In this document: positions 56,551 through 64,000 of the stretch, piece by piece
How the letters are laid out: every line of letters starts with the position of its first letter
Position numbering within the stretch: position 1 is the stretch's first letter
NCBI GenBank assembly: GCA_037968895.1
Contig: JBBKWJ010000175.1
Coordinates: 1,166-65,165, forward strand
Length of the DNA: 64,000 nucleotides
Direction: 5' to 3'
Source of the DNA: Acidimicrobiales bacterium
Lineage (GTDB): Bacteria; Actinomycetota; Acidimicrobiia; Acidimicrobiales; SZUA-35
Translations under genes and position numbers: made by a program
Notes under the pieces: model-generated
What the model was told of the DNA's origin: nothing
What the model saw: the letters and a program-made list of their open reading frames with translations, nothing else
Databases searched by the model: none

Positions 56551-57657
56551 CTAAGCCGAGCGCTCTCCCGGAGTGACGTGGCATGCGATGGTGAACTTGT
56601 CGAGCATGTCCTGGTCGGGGAGCGGCGCGATCCCAACCCCAGTCGGCGTGATGATGTCGCCATCGAGCAGTTGAATGTCGGGCCATGGGTCTTCAGCCAA
56701 CCAGCGGCGCGCTGGCGACACATCGCCGACGACGGTGAACTCTGGTCGGGCTGCGATGCTGGCGAGAAGATGCCGGCCGAGCCCCGATTCGAGCATGCCG
56801 CCTGCCACGACGCCAATATCGTTGTCGTCTGCAATCCGCAGCATCGCCAGGGTGTTCCGTACGCCGCCGAGCCGTGATGGCTTCACCGCAATGGCCGAGA
56901 CGGACTCAGAGTCGACGTAGCGGAGAAGGGTGTCGACGGAGTCGATTGCTTCGTCGGCGACAACCGTTGCGCCCGTCGCGATGAGCTTGTGGTTTGACTC
57001 GAGATCATTCTGGCGCCAGTCGAACGGTTGCTCGAACACCGTGACACCAAGCGCCTTGAGCCGGTACATCGTCGGGACGCCATCGCGTCCGTATGAACCG
57101 TTCGCGTCGACCTGGATCTCGAGGGTCGGCCACTCCAGCCTGACTGCATGCACCACATCGATGTCGTGACCTGGCTGTATCTTCAGTTTCACCCGGCTAA
57201 TGCCCGAGTCGACAAGCTGTCCGACCTGGCTGCACACGCTGGTGATCTCGCCGAGTCCGACGACCGCGCCAGCAGGAAAGCTCAGTCGGCCTGCACCGAT
57301 ATGCCTCGCGAATGAAATGCCCTTCGATCTAAGGTGTGCGTCAAGGGCTGCCATTTCGAGAGCAGCCGCCGCCATCGGTGTTGAGTCATCATCGGAATCG
57401 CCCCCGATGCGGAACGCAGACAACTGATCAAAGCTGGACCGGGCCGTCTCATGCCAGTATGAGTTGCGGTTCATGGCCGAACACTCGCCCCACCCCGTCG
57501 CCCCTGCGTCGGTGGTCACGGCAACAACGGTGAGTTTTCGATCGTCTGGCGGTGTTTCGTCGTGGGCCGCGGCCATGCTCGCCTTCGTCGGAAGCGAAAG
57601 CAGTCGAACCTCTATACGAGTGAGTGGCGCAAGATCACGTGGCCAATTGATGAGCAT
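56551..57657 (-). CDS. menC: o-succinylbenzoate synthase (enolase superfamily)
   Basis: GWGE, KLK, DAN, EQP, DE, KPSR, GGMLESG. Confidence 0.88.
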   Translation of the reverse strand: MLINWPRDLAPLTRIEVRLLSLPTKASMAAAHDETPPDDRKLTVVAVTTDAGATGWGECSAMNRNSYWHETARSSFDQLSAFRIGGDSDDDSTPMAAAALEMAALDAHLRSKGISFARHIGAGRLSFPAGAVVGLGEITSVCSQVGQLVDSGISRVKLKIQPGHDIDVVHAVRLEWPTLEIQVDANGSYGRDGVPTMYRLKALGVTVFEQPFDWRQNDLESNHKLIATGATVVADEAIDSVDTLLRYVDSESVSAIAVKPSRLGGVRNTLAMLRIADDNDIGVVAGGMLESGLGRHLLASIAARPEFTVVGDVSPARRWLAEDPWPDIQLLDGDIITPTGVGIAPLPDQDMLDKFTIACHVTPGERSA

Positions 57658-57800
57658 CCCAGTCCTACGCTAGAGAGTGCGGGCGGAAAATCTCCTCGGC
57701 TGGCCCCGACGGGCCATTGAGTAGGCCTCGTCCGCTGGCGAATAGATCTTGGTCACACATGGCGCGTAACGCTTGGCCCGCCGTATGCTTGCCCCGCTCG

Positions 57801-57907
57801 GCAAATAAAGCCGAGCCCTTTCCCATCTAGCGAAGTCCGGTGAGATCCCGGCGCTGTCCCGCAACTGTGATGCCGACATTGATCGGTCAGCCAGGTCGCC
57901 TATTTGG
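57801..57907 (+). ncRNA. Cobalamin riboswitch
   Basis: gaagtccggtgagatcccggcgctgtcccgcaactgtga core and agccag B12-box; caaata/tatttg closing helix; directly upstream of B12 uptake genes. Confidence 0.9.
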
Positions 57908-57997
57908 AAGAGGTTTGAAACAGTGTCCTCGGAGGAAGGACCATTTCGCGAGGCACTGCCTCTCGAGAATCACACCTCCGAGCCAAGGAGGTATGAC

Positions 57998-58963
57998 GTG
58001 AAACAGAACACAACATCGGCAACCACGGTGACGGTATTTGCCGCAACTATTGCGTTGCTTTTTGCCGCATGCGGAAGCAGCGATGTGGCGAGCGAAACAT
58101 CGACCGTTGTCGACGAGACGGCAGAGTCGACCGAAACCACTGAGGCCATGGCCGAAGATGAGGCCCACACGACTGAGGCAATGGCTGATGAATCTGCCTT
58201 GCCATCACACATCGTGTCGCTTTCCGCAACGGCGACTGAGATGCTCTTCGCGATGGGCGCCGGCGACCAAGTAGTCGCTGTCGATTCCTATTCAGACTTT
58301 CCCGCAGAAGCTCCAACAACGGATCTGTCTGGCTTTGAGCCGAGCCTCGAAGCGATCATTGGTTACGAGCCCGATCTCGTCATCTTGTCGTTCGATCCAG
58401 GCGAAATCGTCAGCGGCCTTGAGCAAGCTGGAGTTCCGTCACTGCTCCTGCCAACTGCCGCAACGCTTGACGACATGTATGCCCAGATTGCCGACCTCGG
58501 TGTCGCTACTGGTCAAATCGATGGAGCGGCCGCACTAAACGCCTCGATTCAGGCCGACCTCGCTGCGATTTCCGAATCAGCAACTGCCGATGCGGGTGTG
58601 CGGGTCTATCACGAGCTTGATCAGACTTTCTACAGCGCATCGTCTGGCAGTTTCATCGGCCAGATCTACACCATGCTCGGTGCTACGAATATCGCCGACG
58701 AGGCCGACACCGATGGCTACGGCTACCCGCAGCTTGCGCCGGAGTACATCCTTCAGGCTGACCCAACACTGATCGTCATAACCGACCAGGGTGGCTACAC
58801 CGTTGACGACGTCAGCGCTCGTCCAGGGTGGGACGCCATAACTGCGGTTTCATCTGGCAACGTTCTGGTGGTCGATGCCGATATTGCCTCCCGTTGGGGT
58901 CCACGCGTGGTCGACTTTGCCCAAGTAATTGCAGATCAGCTCGCTCTGGTTCCGGCTGGCTGA
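57998..58963 (+). CDS. btuF: Cobalamin ABC transporter substrate-binding lipoprotein
   Basis: AAGGAGG RBS; lipobox FAAC; IVSLS..ATEMLFAMG, VAVD, SRWGPR; downstream of the riboswitch. Confidence 0.88.
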   Translation: MKQNTTSATTVTVFAATIALLFAACGSSDVASETSTVVDETAESTETTEAMAEDEAHTTEAMADESALPSHIVSLSATATEMLFAMGAGDQVVAVDSYSDFPAEAPTTDLSGFEPSLEAIIGYEPDLVILSFDPGEIVSGLEQAGVPSLLLPTAATLDDMYAQIADLGVATGQIDGAAALNASIQADLAAISESATADAGVRVYHELDQTFYSASSGSFIGQIYTMLGATNIADEADTDGYGYPQLAPEYILQADPTLIVITDQGGYTVDDVSARPGWDAITAVSSGNVLVVDADIASRWGPRVVDFAQVIADQLALVPAG

Positions 58964-60039
58964 TGGCCACCTCGGGCGTACTAGTCGGAGCTGACGAGAC
59001 GACTGCGGTTACACGCGCGTTTCGACTGCCGATGATCTCGCTCTTCATTGCGTTGGCTGTCCTGATCGCATCGCTGTCGTTTGGCGTTGCGGTCGGGGCT
59101 GCCGATGTGCCATTCAATGGCATTCTCCGGTCACTTATTGACCACGTTCCTTTTGTGTCGTTGTCGACCGGACTTACCGACACGCAAGAGACGATCTTGT
59201 GGCAGTGGCGGATTCCTCGCCTCTTGCTTGGGGCGCTCGTCGGTTCGTCCCTTGCGGTTTCGGGCGCGGCATACCAAGGCGTCTTCCGCAACCCACTAGC
59301 CGATCCATTCCTGCTTGGCGCTGCGGCGGGCGCCGGCCTCGGGGCAACGCTGGTCATCGTGACGAGTTCCGACCGTTCGTTCGGTCCACTCGGAACCGTT
59401 CCGATGGCAGCGTTTGTCGGCGCCCTCCTCGGCGTCAGTATCTCGGCCGCACTCGGCCGATCGGCTGGTCGTTCAACCGCGTCGCTATTGCTCGCTGGTG
59501 TTGCGAGCGCAGCGTTTCTTACCGCCTGTCAAACCTTTCTAATGCAACGCCACGTCGAGTCGATCCAAGAGGTATACGGCTGGCTCATCGGTCGTTTATC
59601 CACATCGGGCTGGACCGAAGTCAACCTGCTGTTCCCCTATTTCCTGGTGTGCGGTTCGGTGATCTTCTTGCACCGCCGACACCTCGACGTGCTACGACTC
59701 GGCGACGATGAAGCGAAGAGCCTTGGCTTGAGACCAGGTCGAATCAGGCTGGTCGTCATCATTGCGGCGTCATTCTTGACTGCGGCCGCAGTTGCCGTCA
59801 GCGGGCTTATCGCGTTCGTTGGCATTGTGATTCCTCACATTGTTCGACTGGCCGTCGGGAGCAGTTATCGAGTTGTGATTCCGCTCAGCGCAATTCTTGG
59901 TGCTGCGTTCCTGAGCGTCGGCGATGTTGCGGCCAGAACTGTCCTGAGTCCGGCAGAGCTTCCGATCGGCGTCGTCACCGCATTCGTCGGTGCACCGTTC
60001 TTTGCCGTCGTTCTCTGGCGCACGAGGGGGCAAATGTGA
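58963..60039 (+). CDS. btuC: FecCD/BtuC family ABC permease
   Basis: RIPR, FRNPLADP, LGDDEAKSLG, FVGIVIPH, ELPIGVVTA. Confidence 0.88.
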   Translation: MATSGVLVGADETTAVTRAFRLPMISLFIALAVLIASLSFGVAVGAADVPFNGILRSLIDHVPFVSLSTGLTDTQETILWQWRIPRLLLGALVGSSLAVSGAAYQGVFRNPLADPFLLGAAAGAGLGATLVIVTSSDRSFGPLGTVPMAAFVGALLGVSISAALGRSAGRSTASLLLAGVASAAFLTACQTFLMQRHVESIQEVYGWLIGRLSTSGWTEVNLLFPYFLVCGSVIFLHRRHLDVLRLGDDEAKSLGLRPGRIRLVVIIAASFLTAAAVAVSGLIAFVGIVIPHIVRLAVGSSYRVVIPLSAILGAAFLSVGDVAARTVLSPAELPIGVVTAFVGAPFFAVVLWRTRGQM

Positions 60040-60851
60040 CCACCACTATTCGCAGATCTGCCCTGTCGTTCGATGACGTGTCCGTCGTGTATCGCGGCGT
60101 CCCCGTTCTTGATGGTGTGAGCGCGTCGATCGAGTCTGGCGAGTTCGTTGCCGTCATCGGGCCAAACGGTGCAGGCAAGTCGTCGTTGTTGAAGGCGATC
60201 GTTGGCGTAGCCAACCACAGCGGCAACATTTCGGTTTCCGACGGTCGGGGCGCAGTGAACGAGCCTCGAGATCGGGCCAGACAGATCGCCTATGTTCCAC
60301 AACAGCCCGTCTTTCCGCATGGGATGTCGGTCGCTGAATATGTGCTTCTTGGTCGAACTGCTCATCTGTCGTGGCTTGGCGTCGAGTCGCAGGGCGATCG
60401 CAACCTCGCAACAGCGGCGCTTGAGCGGCTCGACCTCGAAAGGTTCGCGGGCCGCGAACTCCATGAGTTGTCGGGTGGCGAGGCTCAACGTGTGTCCCTG
60501 GCCAGGGCGCTGGTTCACGAAGCTCCAATTCTCATTCTCGACGAGCCGACAAGCGCGCTCGACCTCGGTCATCAACTCGCCGTTCTCGACCTAATCGATG
60601 AGTTGCGCCTCGAGCGGGGGCTCACCGTTATCACTGCGCTCCACGATCTCACGTCGGCGGCCCGTTACGCGGACCGAGTGATGCTGCTCAATAACGGCAA
60701 AGTTGCTGAGTTTGGGCGCCCCAACGCAGTAATGACCGAAGCAATTTTGAGTCGGCACTATGGTGCGAACATCGGAGTACTCCACGCTCGCGATGGCAGC
60801 CTCGTTGTGGTGCCGATGCCAAATGTCAATGCTGGCCGACAGGCGAGCTAA
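60036..60851 (+). CDS. btuD: ABC transporter ATP-binding protein (BtuD/FecE-like)
   Basis: GPNGAGKS, LSGGE, LDEPT, LHDL. Confidence 0.88.
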   Translation: MTTTIRRSALSFDDVSVVYRGVPVLDGVSASIESGEFVAVIGPNGAGKSSLLKAIVGVANHSGNISVSDGRGAVNEPRDRARQIAYVPQQPVFPHGMSVAEYVLLGRTAHLSWLGVESQGDRNLATAALERLDLERFAGRELHELSGGEAQRVSLARALVHEAPILILDEPTSALDLGHQLAVLDLIDELRLERGLTVITALHDLTSAARYADRVMLLNNGKVAEFGRPNAVMTEAILSRHYGANIGVLHARDGSLVVVPMPNVNAGRQAS

Positions 60852-60859
60852 GGAGAATT

Positions 60860-61429
60860 ATGGCAGCCGAAGACATTCCACTAGAGAAGGCCGACGCCAC
60901 ATCGATGACGGTGGCAAGCTCGCTCGTTCTCGTGAACACCGGTGACGGCAAAGGTAAGAGTACGGCCGCCTTCGGCACCCTTTTACGCGGTGTCGCTCAA
61001 GGCTGGCCGATCTGTGTCGTGCAATTCCTCAAGAGTGGCGACTGGGGAGTCGGCGAAGAGAAGGTGTGCCGCGATCTTGGCGTCGACTGGTTCGCCGCTG
61101 GAAACGGTTTCACCTGGGACTCCGAAGACATCGACGAGACGGCAGCGATCGCAGCTGCCGCGTGGGCCCTCGCCAAAGAGAAGATCATGTCTGGCGACTA
61201 CCGACTCGTGGTGCTCGATGAGATCAGTTATGCAGCCACTTGGAAGTGGATCAGCACCGATGACGTCGTCGAGGCGCTTGTCAATCGGCCGAAGAAGACC
61301 AGTGTGATTCTTACCGGCCGAGCAATGCCACAGGCCATCGTCGACGTCGCAGACACTGTCACTGAGATGACCCCAATCAAGCACGCCTTTGACAACGGAA
61401 TCGTTGCCAAAAAGGGCATTGACTACTAG
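60860..61429 (+). CDS. cobO: Cob(I)yrinic acid a,c-diamide adenosyltransferase (CobO/BtuR family)
   Basis: NTGDGKGKSTAAFG, VQFLK, GFTW, LDEI, LTGR, ADTVTEM, KH. Confidence 0.93.
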   Translation: MAAEDIPLEKADATSMTVASSLVLVNTGDGKGKSTAAFGTLLRGVAQGWPICVVQFLKSGDWGVGEEKVCRDLGVDWFAAGNGFTWDSEDIDETAAIAAAAWALAKEKIMSGDYRLVVLDEISYAATWKWISTDDVVEALVNRPKKTSVILTGRAMPQAIVDVADTVTEMTPIKHAFDNGIVAKKGIDY

Positions 61430-61976
61430 GGCAGCCCTGTCGACGTTCCTCGTCGGCGGCGCTCGCTCGGGAAAGTCGACCTTGGCCCAACGTCTTGCCC
61501 TGGCCACAGGTGGGCCGGTGACGATCGTGGTGACCGCTGAACCGAGCGATGAAGAAATGGTGGAGCGGATTGAGCGCCACCAACTCGAGCGACCGATGGG
61601 TTGGACAACAGTAGAGGCGCCCCGCGGTCTTGTCGGCGCCGTTGCCGCCGTACCTCCTGAGCGGTGCATCGTGGTCGATTGTCTGACCCTCTGGCTGACC
61701 AATCTCTTGCTCGATGGGCAATCGGTTGCGGCTATTGAGCGTGAGGTCGACTTGGCAGTCACGGCGTTGACACAGCGACAAGCGGACGTCATCGTTGTCA
61801 GTAACGAGGTCGGCCTCGGGATTGTGCCGGGCGACGCTCTATCTCGGTCGTTCCGAGACATCCAGGGGCGCTGTAATCAACGTTTTGCTAGCCAATTCGA
61901 CCGTTCGCTGTTCGTGGTCGCAGGCAACGTTCTCCCATTGGTCGCCCCCGAAACTGCGTGCGAGGAACTCAATTGA
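61419..61976 (+). CDS. cobU: Adenosylcobinamide kinase / adenosylcobinamide-phosphate guanylyltransferase
   Basis: GGARSGKS, EMVERIERH, DCLTLWLTN, VSNEVGLG, FRD..GRCNQ; start (TTG) approximate. Confidence 0.92.
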   Translation: MTTRAALSTFLVGGARSGKSTLAQRLALATGGPVTIVVTAEPSDEEMVERIERHQLERPMGWTTVEAPRGLVGAVAAVPPERCIVVDCLTLWLTNLLLDGQSVAAIEREVDLAVTALTQRQADVIVVSNEVGLGIVPGDALSRSFRDIQGRCNQRFASQFDRSLFVVAGNVLPLVAPETACEELN

Positions 61977-62968
61977 CGGTCGACCATGACGTTGCCCTAG
62001 CTATAGCGACGACGATCGATCAGGCTAGCTTTGACGCCGTTGCTGCTCGCGCGGCGTCGACATTGCGTCCGGCTGGCGCATTCGGTCGGCTCGATGAGAC
62101 TGCAGCGTGGCTTGCGGGCTGGCAGCGGACCGATCAGCCGGCGATCACTAGGCCGGGAGTAATCATTTTCGGGGCTGACCACGGAGTTGCCGCCCGAGGA
62201 GTGAGTAGCTACCCGGCCGAGATAACTGCGCTAATGAAAGACGCAATCTTGAACGGGGTCGCCACATCTTCGGCGCTGGCCGCAGCGGCTGGTGCCGAGC
62301 TTCGCTTCGTAGACGTTGGGGTTGGTAACCCGACTGAAGACTTCACGATCACCGATGCGATGACAGAGGCACGCTTCCAGTCGTCGTGGGATGCCGGCGC
62401 TGAGGCGGTGCGGTCCTGCGACTACGACGTACTCATTCTCGGCGAGCTTGGAATTGGCAATACAACCTCGGCCGCAGCCATTGCCGCTGCGCTGCTTGGG
62501 GGAGGCGGTCAGGCGTGGGCTGGTCGCGGCACCGGGGTCGATGACGACGGACTCGCTCGAAAGGTCGAAACCGTCGATGCTGGTATTGCCCGGCTTGGCG
62601 TCAACCCAGAGCCACGTTCGGTCTGGCGCGCGGTCGGTGGGGCCGAGTTGGTTGCGATGGCTGGTGCATGCGTCGAGGCGCGTCGCCGCTCTATCCCGCT
62701 TGTCCTCGACGGCTTCATTGCCACCGCAGCCTTGCTCCCGTTGCACATCATGGCGCCCGGGATTCTTGACCACACGATTGCGGGACACCGCTCGGCCGAG
62801 CGCGGCCATCACCGATTGCTCGAAGCGATTGGAAAGACTCCGCTGATCGAGCTCGACCTTCGTCTCGGAGAGGCGACTGGGGCCCTTGTGGCCCTTCCGA
62901 TTCTTCGTCAGGCCATCGCCGCTGTGCTCGACTGTGCAACATTCGACGAGGTCGGGTTGGGCGACTGA
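61973..62968 (+). CDS. cobT: Nicotinate-nucleotide-dimethylbenzimidazole phosphoribosyltransferase
   Basis: GRL, ADHGV, GELGIGNTT, GRGTG, DGFI, HRSAE, LRLGEATGA. Confidence 0.93.
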   Translation: MTVDHDVALAIATTIDQASFDAVAARAASTLRPAGAFGRLDETAAWLAGWQRTDQPAITRPGVIIFGADHGVAARGVSSYPAEITALMKDAILNGVATSSALAAAAGAELRFVDVGVGNPTEDFTITDAMTEARFQSSWDAGAEAVRSCDYDVLILGELGIGNTTSAAAIAAALLGGGGQAWAGRGTGVDDDGLARKVETVDAGIARLGVNPEPRSVWRAVGGAELVAMAGACVEARRRSIPLVLDGFIATAALLPLHIMAPGILDHTIAGHRSAERGHHRLLEAIGKTPLIELDLRLGEATGALVALPILRQAIAAVLDCATFDEVGLGD

Positions 62969-62969
62969 G

Positions 62970-63719
62970 GTGCGACGGTTCCGAAACGCGCTTGCTTTCC
63001 TCACGAGGCTGCCAGGAGGGGCGCATCCAGATTCAGGTTCGCAGATCGCCGATTGCGTGCCGTACTTCGGCGTTATCGGCGTAGTTGTTGGTGCCATTGG
63101 AGGCGCCGTCTTTTGGGGCGCGAGCGAGTTGTCGACGCCAGCAATCGCGGCGGTACTCGCGTTAACAGCAACTGCCTTGGTCACGGGCGGTTTTCACGAA
63201 GATGGACTCGCCGACACGTTTGATGCGTTGGCTGGCGGCTGGGACCGAGACCAGCGGCTGAAGATCCTGAAAGACTCGCGGCACGGGACCTTCGGTGTGC
63301 TGTCGCTCGTCCTTGTCTCCTTGCTGAAGTTCGCGGCGCTGTCGTCGCTTGACGCGCAAACCGGGGCGCTGGCGCTCGTGGCGGCGCACAGCGCAGGACG
63401 GGCGGGCGCGGTTGGCCTGATGGGAGTCGCACCGACAGCGCAGGAAGTCGGTCTTGGGGCCGACTACTCGAGGCAGCTACCGAAACGTCTGGCTATGCTT
63501 GGTGTCGTGGTTGGCCTCGTCGTCCTTGGTGCCATCTATATGGAATGGGCGCCGGTGTTTGCTGCGGCGATCGCTCTGGGCGTCGGCCTTCTGGCATGGT
63601 GGAGCCACCGCAAGATTGGCGGCGTGACCGGCGACATCCTCGGCGCGGCCGAGCAGATCGGGGAGGCCATCGTGCTTGTCCTCGCCGCCTCCCAAATAGT
63701 TCACGTACCAGGTACGTGA
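62970..63719 (+). CDS. cobS: Adenosylcobinamide-GDP ribazoletransferase (cobalamin synthase)
   Basis: FLTRLP, TGGFHEDGLADTFD, ILKDSRHGTFG, GGVTGDILGA. Confidence 0.93.
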   Translation: MRRFRNALAFLTRLPGGAHPDSGSQIADCVPYFGVIGVVVGAIGGAVFWGASELSTPAIAAVLALTATALVTGGFHEDGLADTFDALAGGWDRDQRLKILKDSRHGTFGVLSLVLVSLLKFAALSSLDAQTGALALVAAHSAGRAGAVGLMGVAPTAQEVGLGADYSRQLPKRLAMLGVVVGLVVLGAIYMEWAPVFAAAIALGVGLLAWWSHRKIGGVTGDILGAAEQIGEAIVLVLAASQIVHVPGT

Positions 63720-63720
63720 A

Positions 63721-64000
63721 CTAATCGCGGGGGAGAGCGGGGCCCATTTGGCGGTACTTGCCGAGCAGGGTCGCGAGGAACCAGATAAGGCCGAAGACGA
63801 AGATCGGTTGCCAGAACATCGGGCTCCACCGTTCGACGAACTCGTAGCCAAGCGCTCGGCCAAAGGCAGCAGCCGCCAACAGTGTTGTGCCGACCTGCAG
63901 GCGGACCCGGTATCTCATGAGCCCAAGCGCCTCGCCGCAGTAGACAACCGTGGCGGGGATCGAGAAGATCCAGATTGGCCAAGGATCAAAGCTTTTTGGC
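63721..64000 (-). CDS. Membrane protein, C-terminal part (start lies beyond the window)
   Basis: Frame open from the window edge: PKSFDPWPIWIFSIPATVVYCGEALGLMRYR...FWQPIFVFGLIWFLATLLGK, three hydrophobic segments. Confidence 0.55.
   Translation of the reverse strand, partial: PKSFDPWPIWIFSIPATVVYCGEALGLMRYRVRLQVGTTLLAAAAFGRALGYEFVERWSPMFWQPIFVFGLIWFLATLLGKYRQMGPALPRD

Noticed and set aside
57670-57756. Possible 28-aa small ORF upstream of menC on the minus strand
   Set aside because: No RBS or well-placed -10 and no recognisable motif; consistent with a chance ORF.
23798-63184. Long antisense or alternate-frame ORFs (e.g. 23798-24643, 27075-27827, 55000-55767, 60983-61861, 62231-63184)
   Set aside because: Shadows of well-supported genes, expected from high-GC codon bias; no motifs of their own.
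1-64000. CRISPR array, prophage, IS element, tRNA/rRNA or a dedicated anti-phage system
   Set aside because: No regularly spaced repeats, integrase, transposase, phage or structural-RNA signatures were recognised; RecBCD and SbcCD look like canonical repair genes.

Overview
GC-rich, densely coding bacterial chromosomal segment. The GlnR box, LPXTG protein, many leaderless TANNNT promoters and gene content suggest an actinobacterium, possibly Acidimicrobiia (inference). Left to right: a Rieske fusion protein; purine-catabolism operon A (deaminase, XDH FAD+2Fe-2S fusion, XDH Mo subunit, truncated YgfK-like protein); a DNA-repair block (recCBD, sbcDC) with surface-protein genes; operon B (M20 amidohydrolase, D-carbamoylase, 2Fe-2S+Mo hydroxylase fusion, SsnA-like protein); transport, lipid and tRNA genes; amt with a GlnR box and a divergent proA; a LysR-linked BBOX-like dioxygenase plus HD diiron protein pair; phoD; a classical menaquinone cluster (menE,F,B,D,H,C) with interspersed extra genes; and a cobalamin riboswitch ahead of a btuFCD-cobO-cobU-cobT-cobS salvage operon. 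Three observations stand out. (1) Operons A and B, whose promoters are about 22 kb apart, share an AT-rich palindromic operator and together resemble a rewired YgfK/SsnA reductive purine pathway. (2) The dioxygenase/HD pair has TmpAB-like architecture, but its HD partner seems to lack phosphonate-binding residues. (3) A 35-37 bp palindromic element ACGAAC-N8-GTCAGAC-N8-GTTCGT occurs three times, once in frame inside a gene. No rRNA, tRNA, CRISPR array, integrase or transposase was seen. All family assignments come from motif recognition by eye, not database searches.
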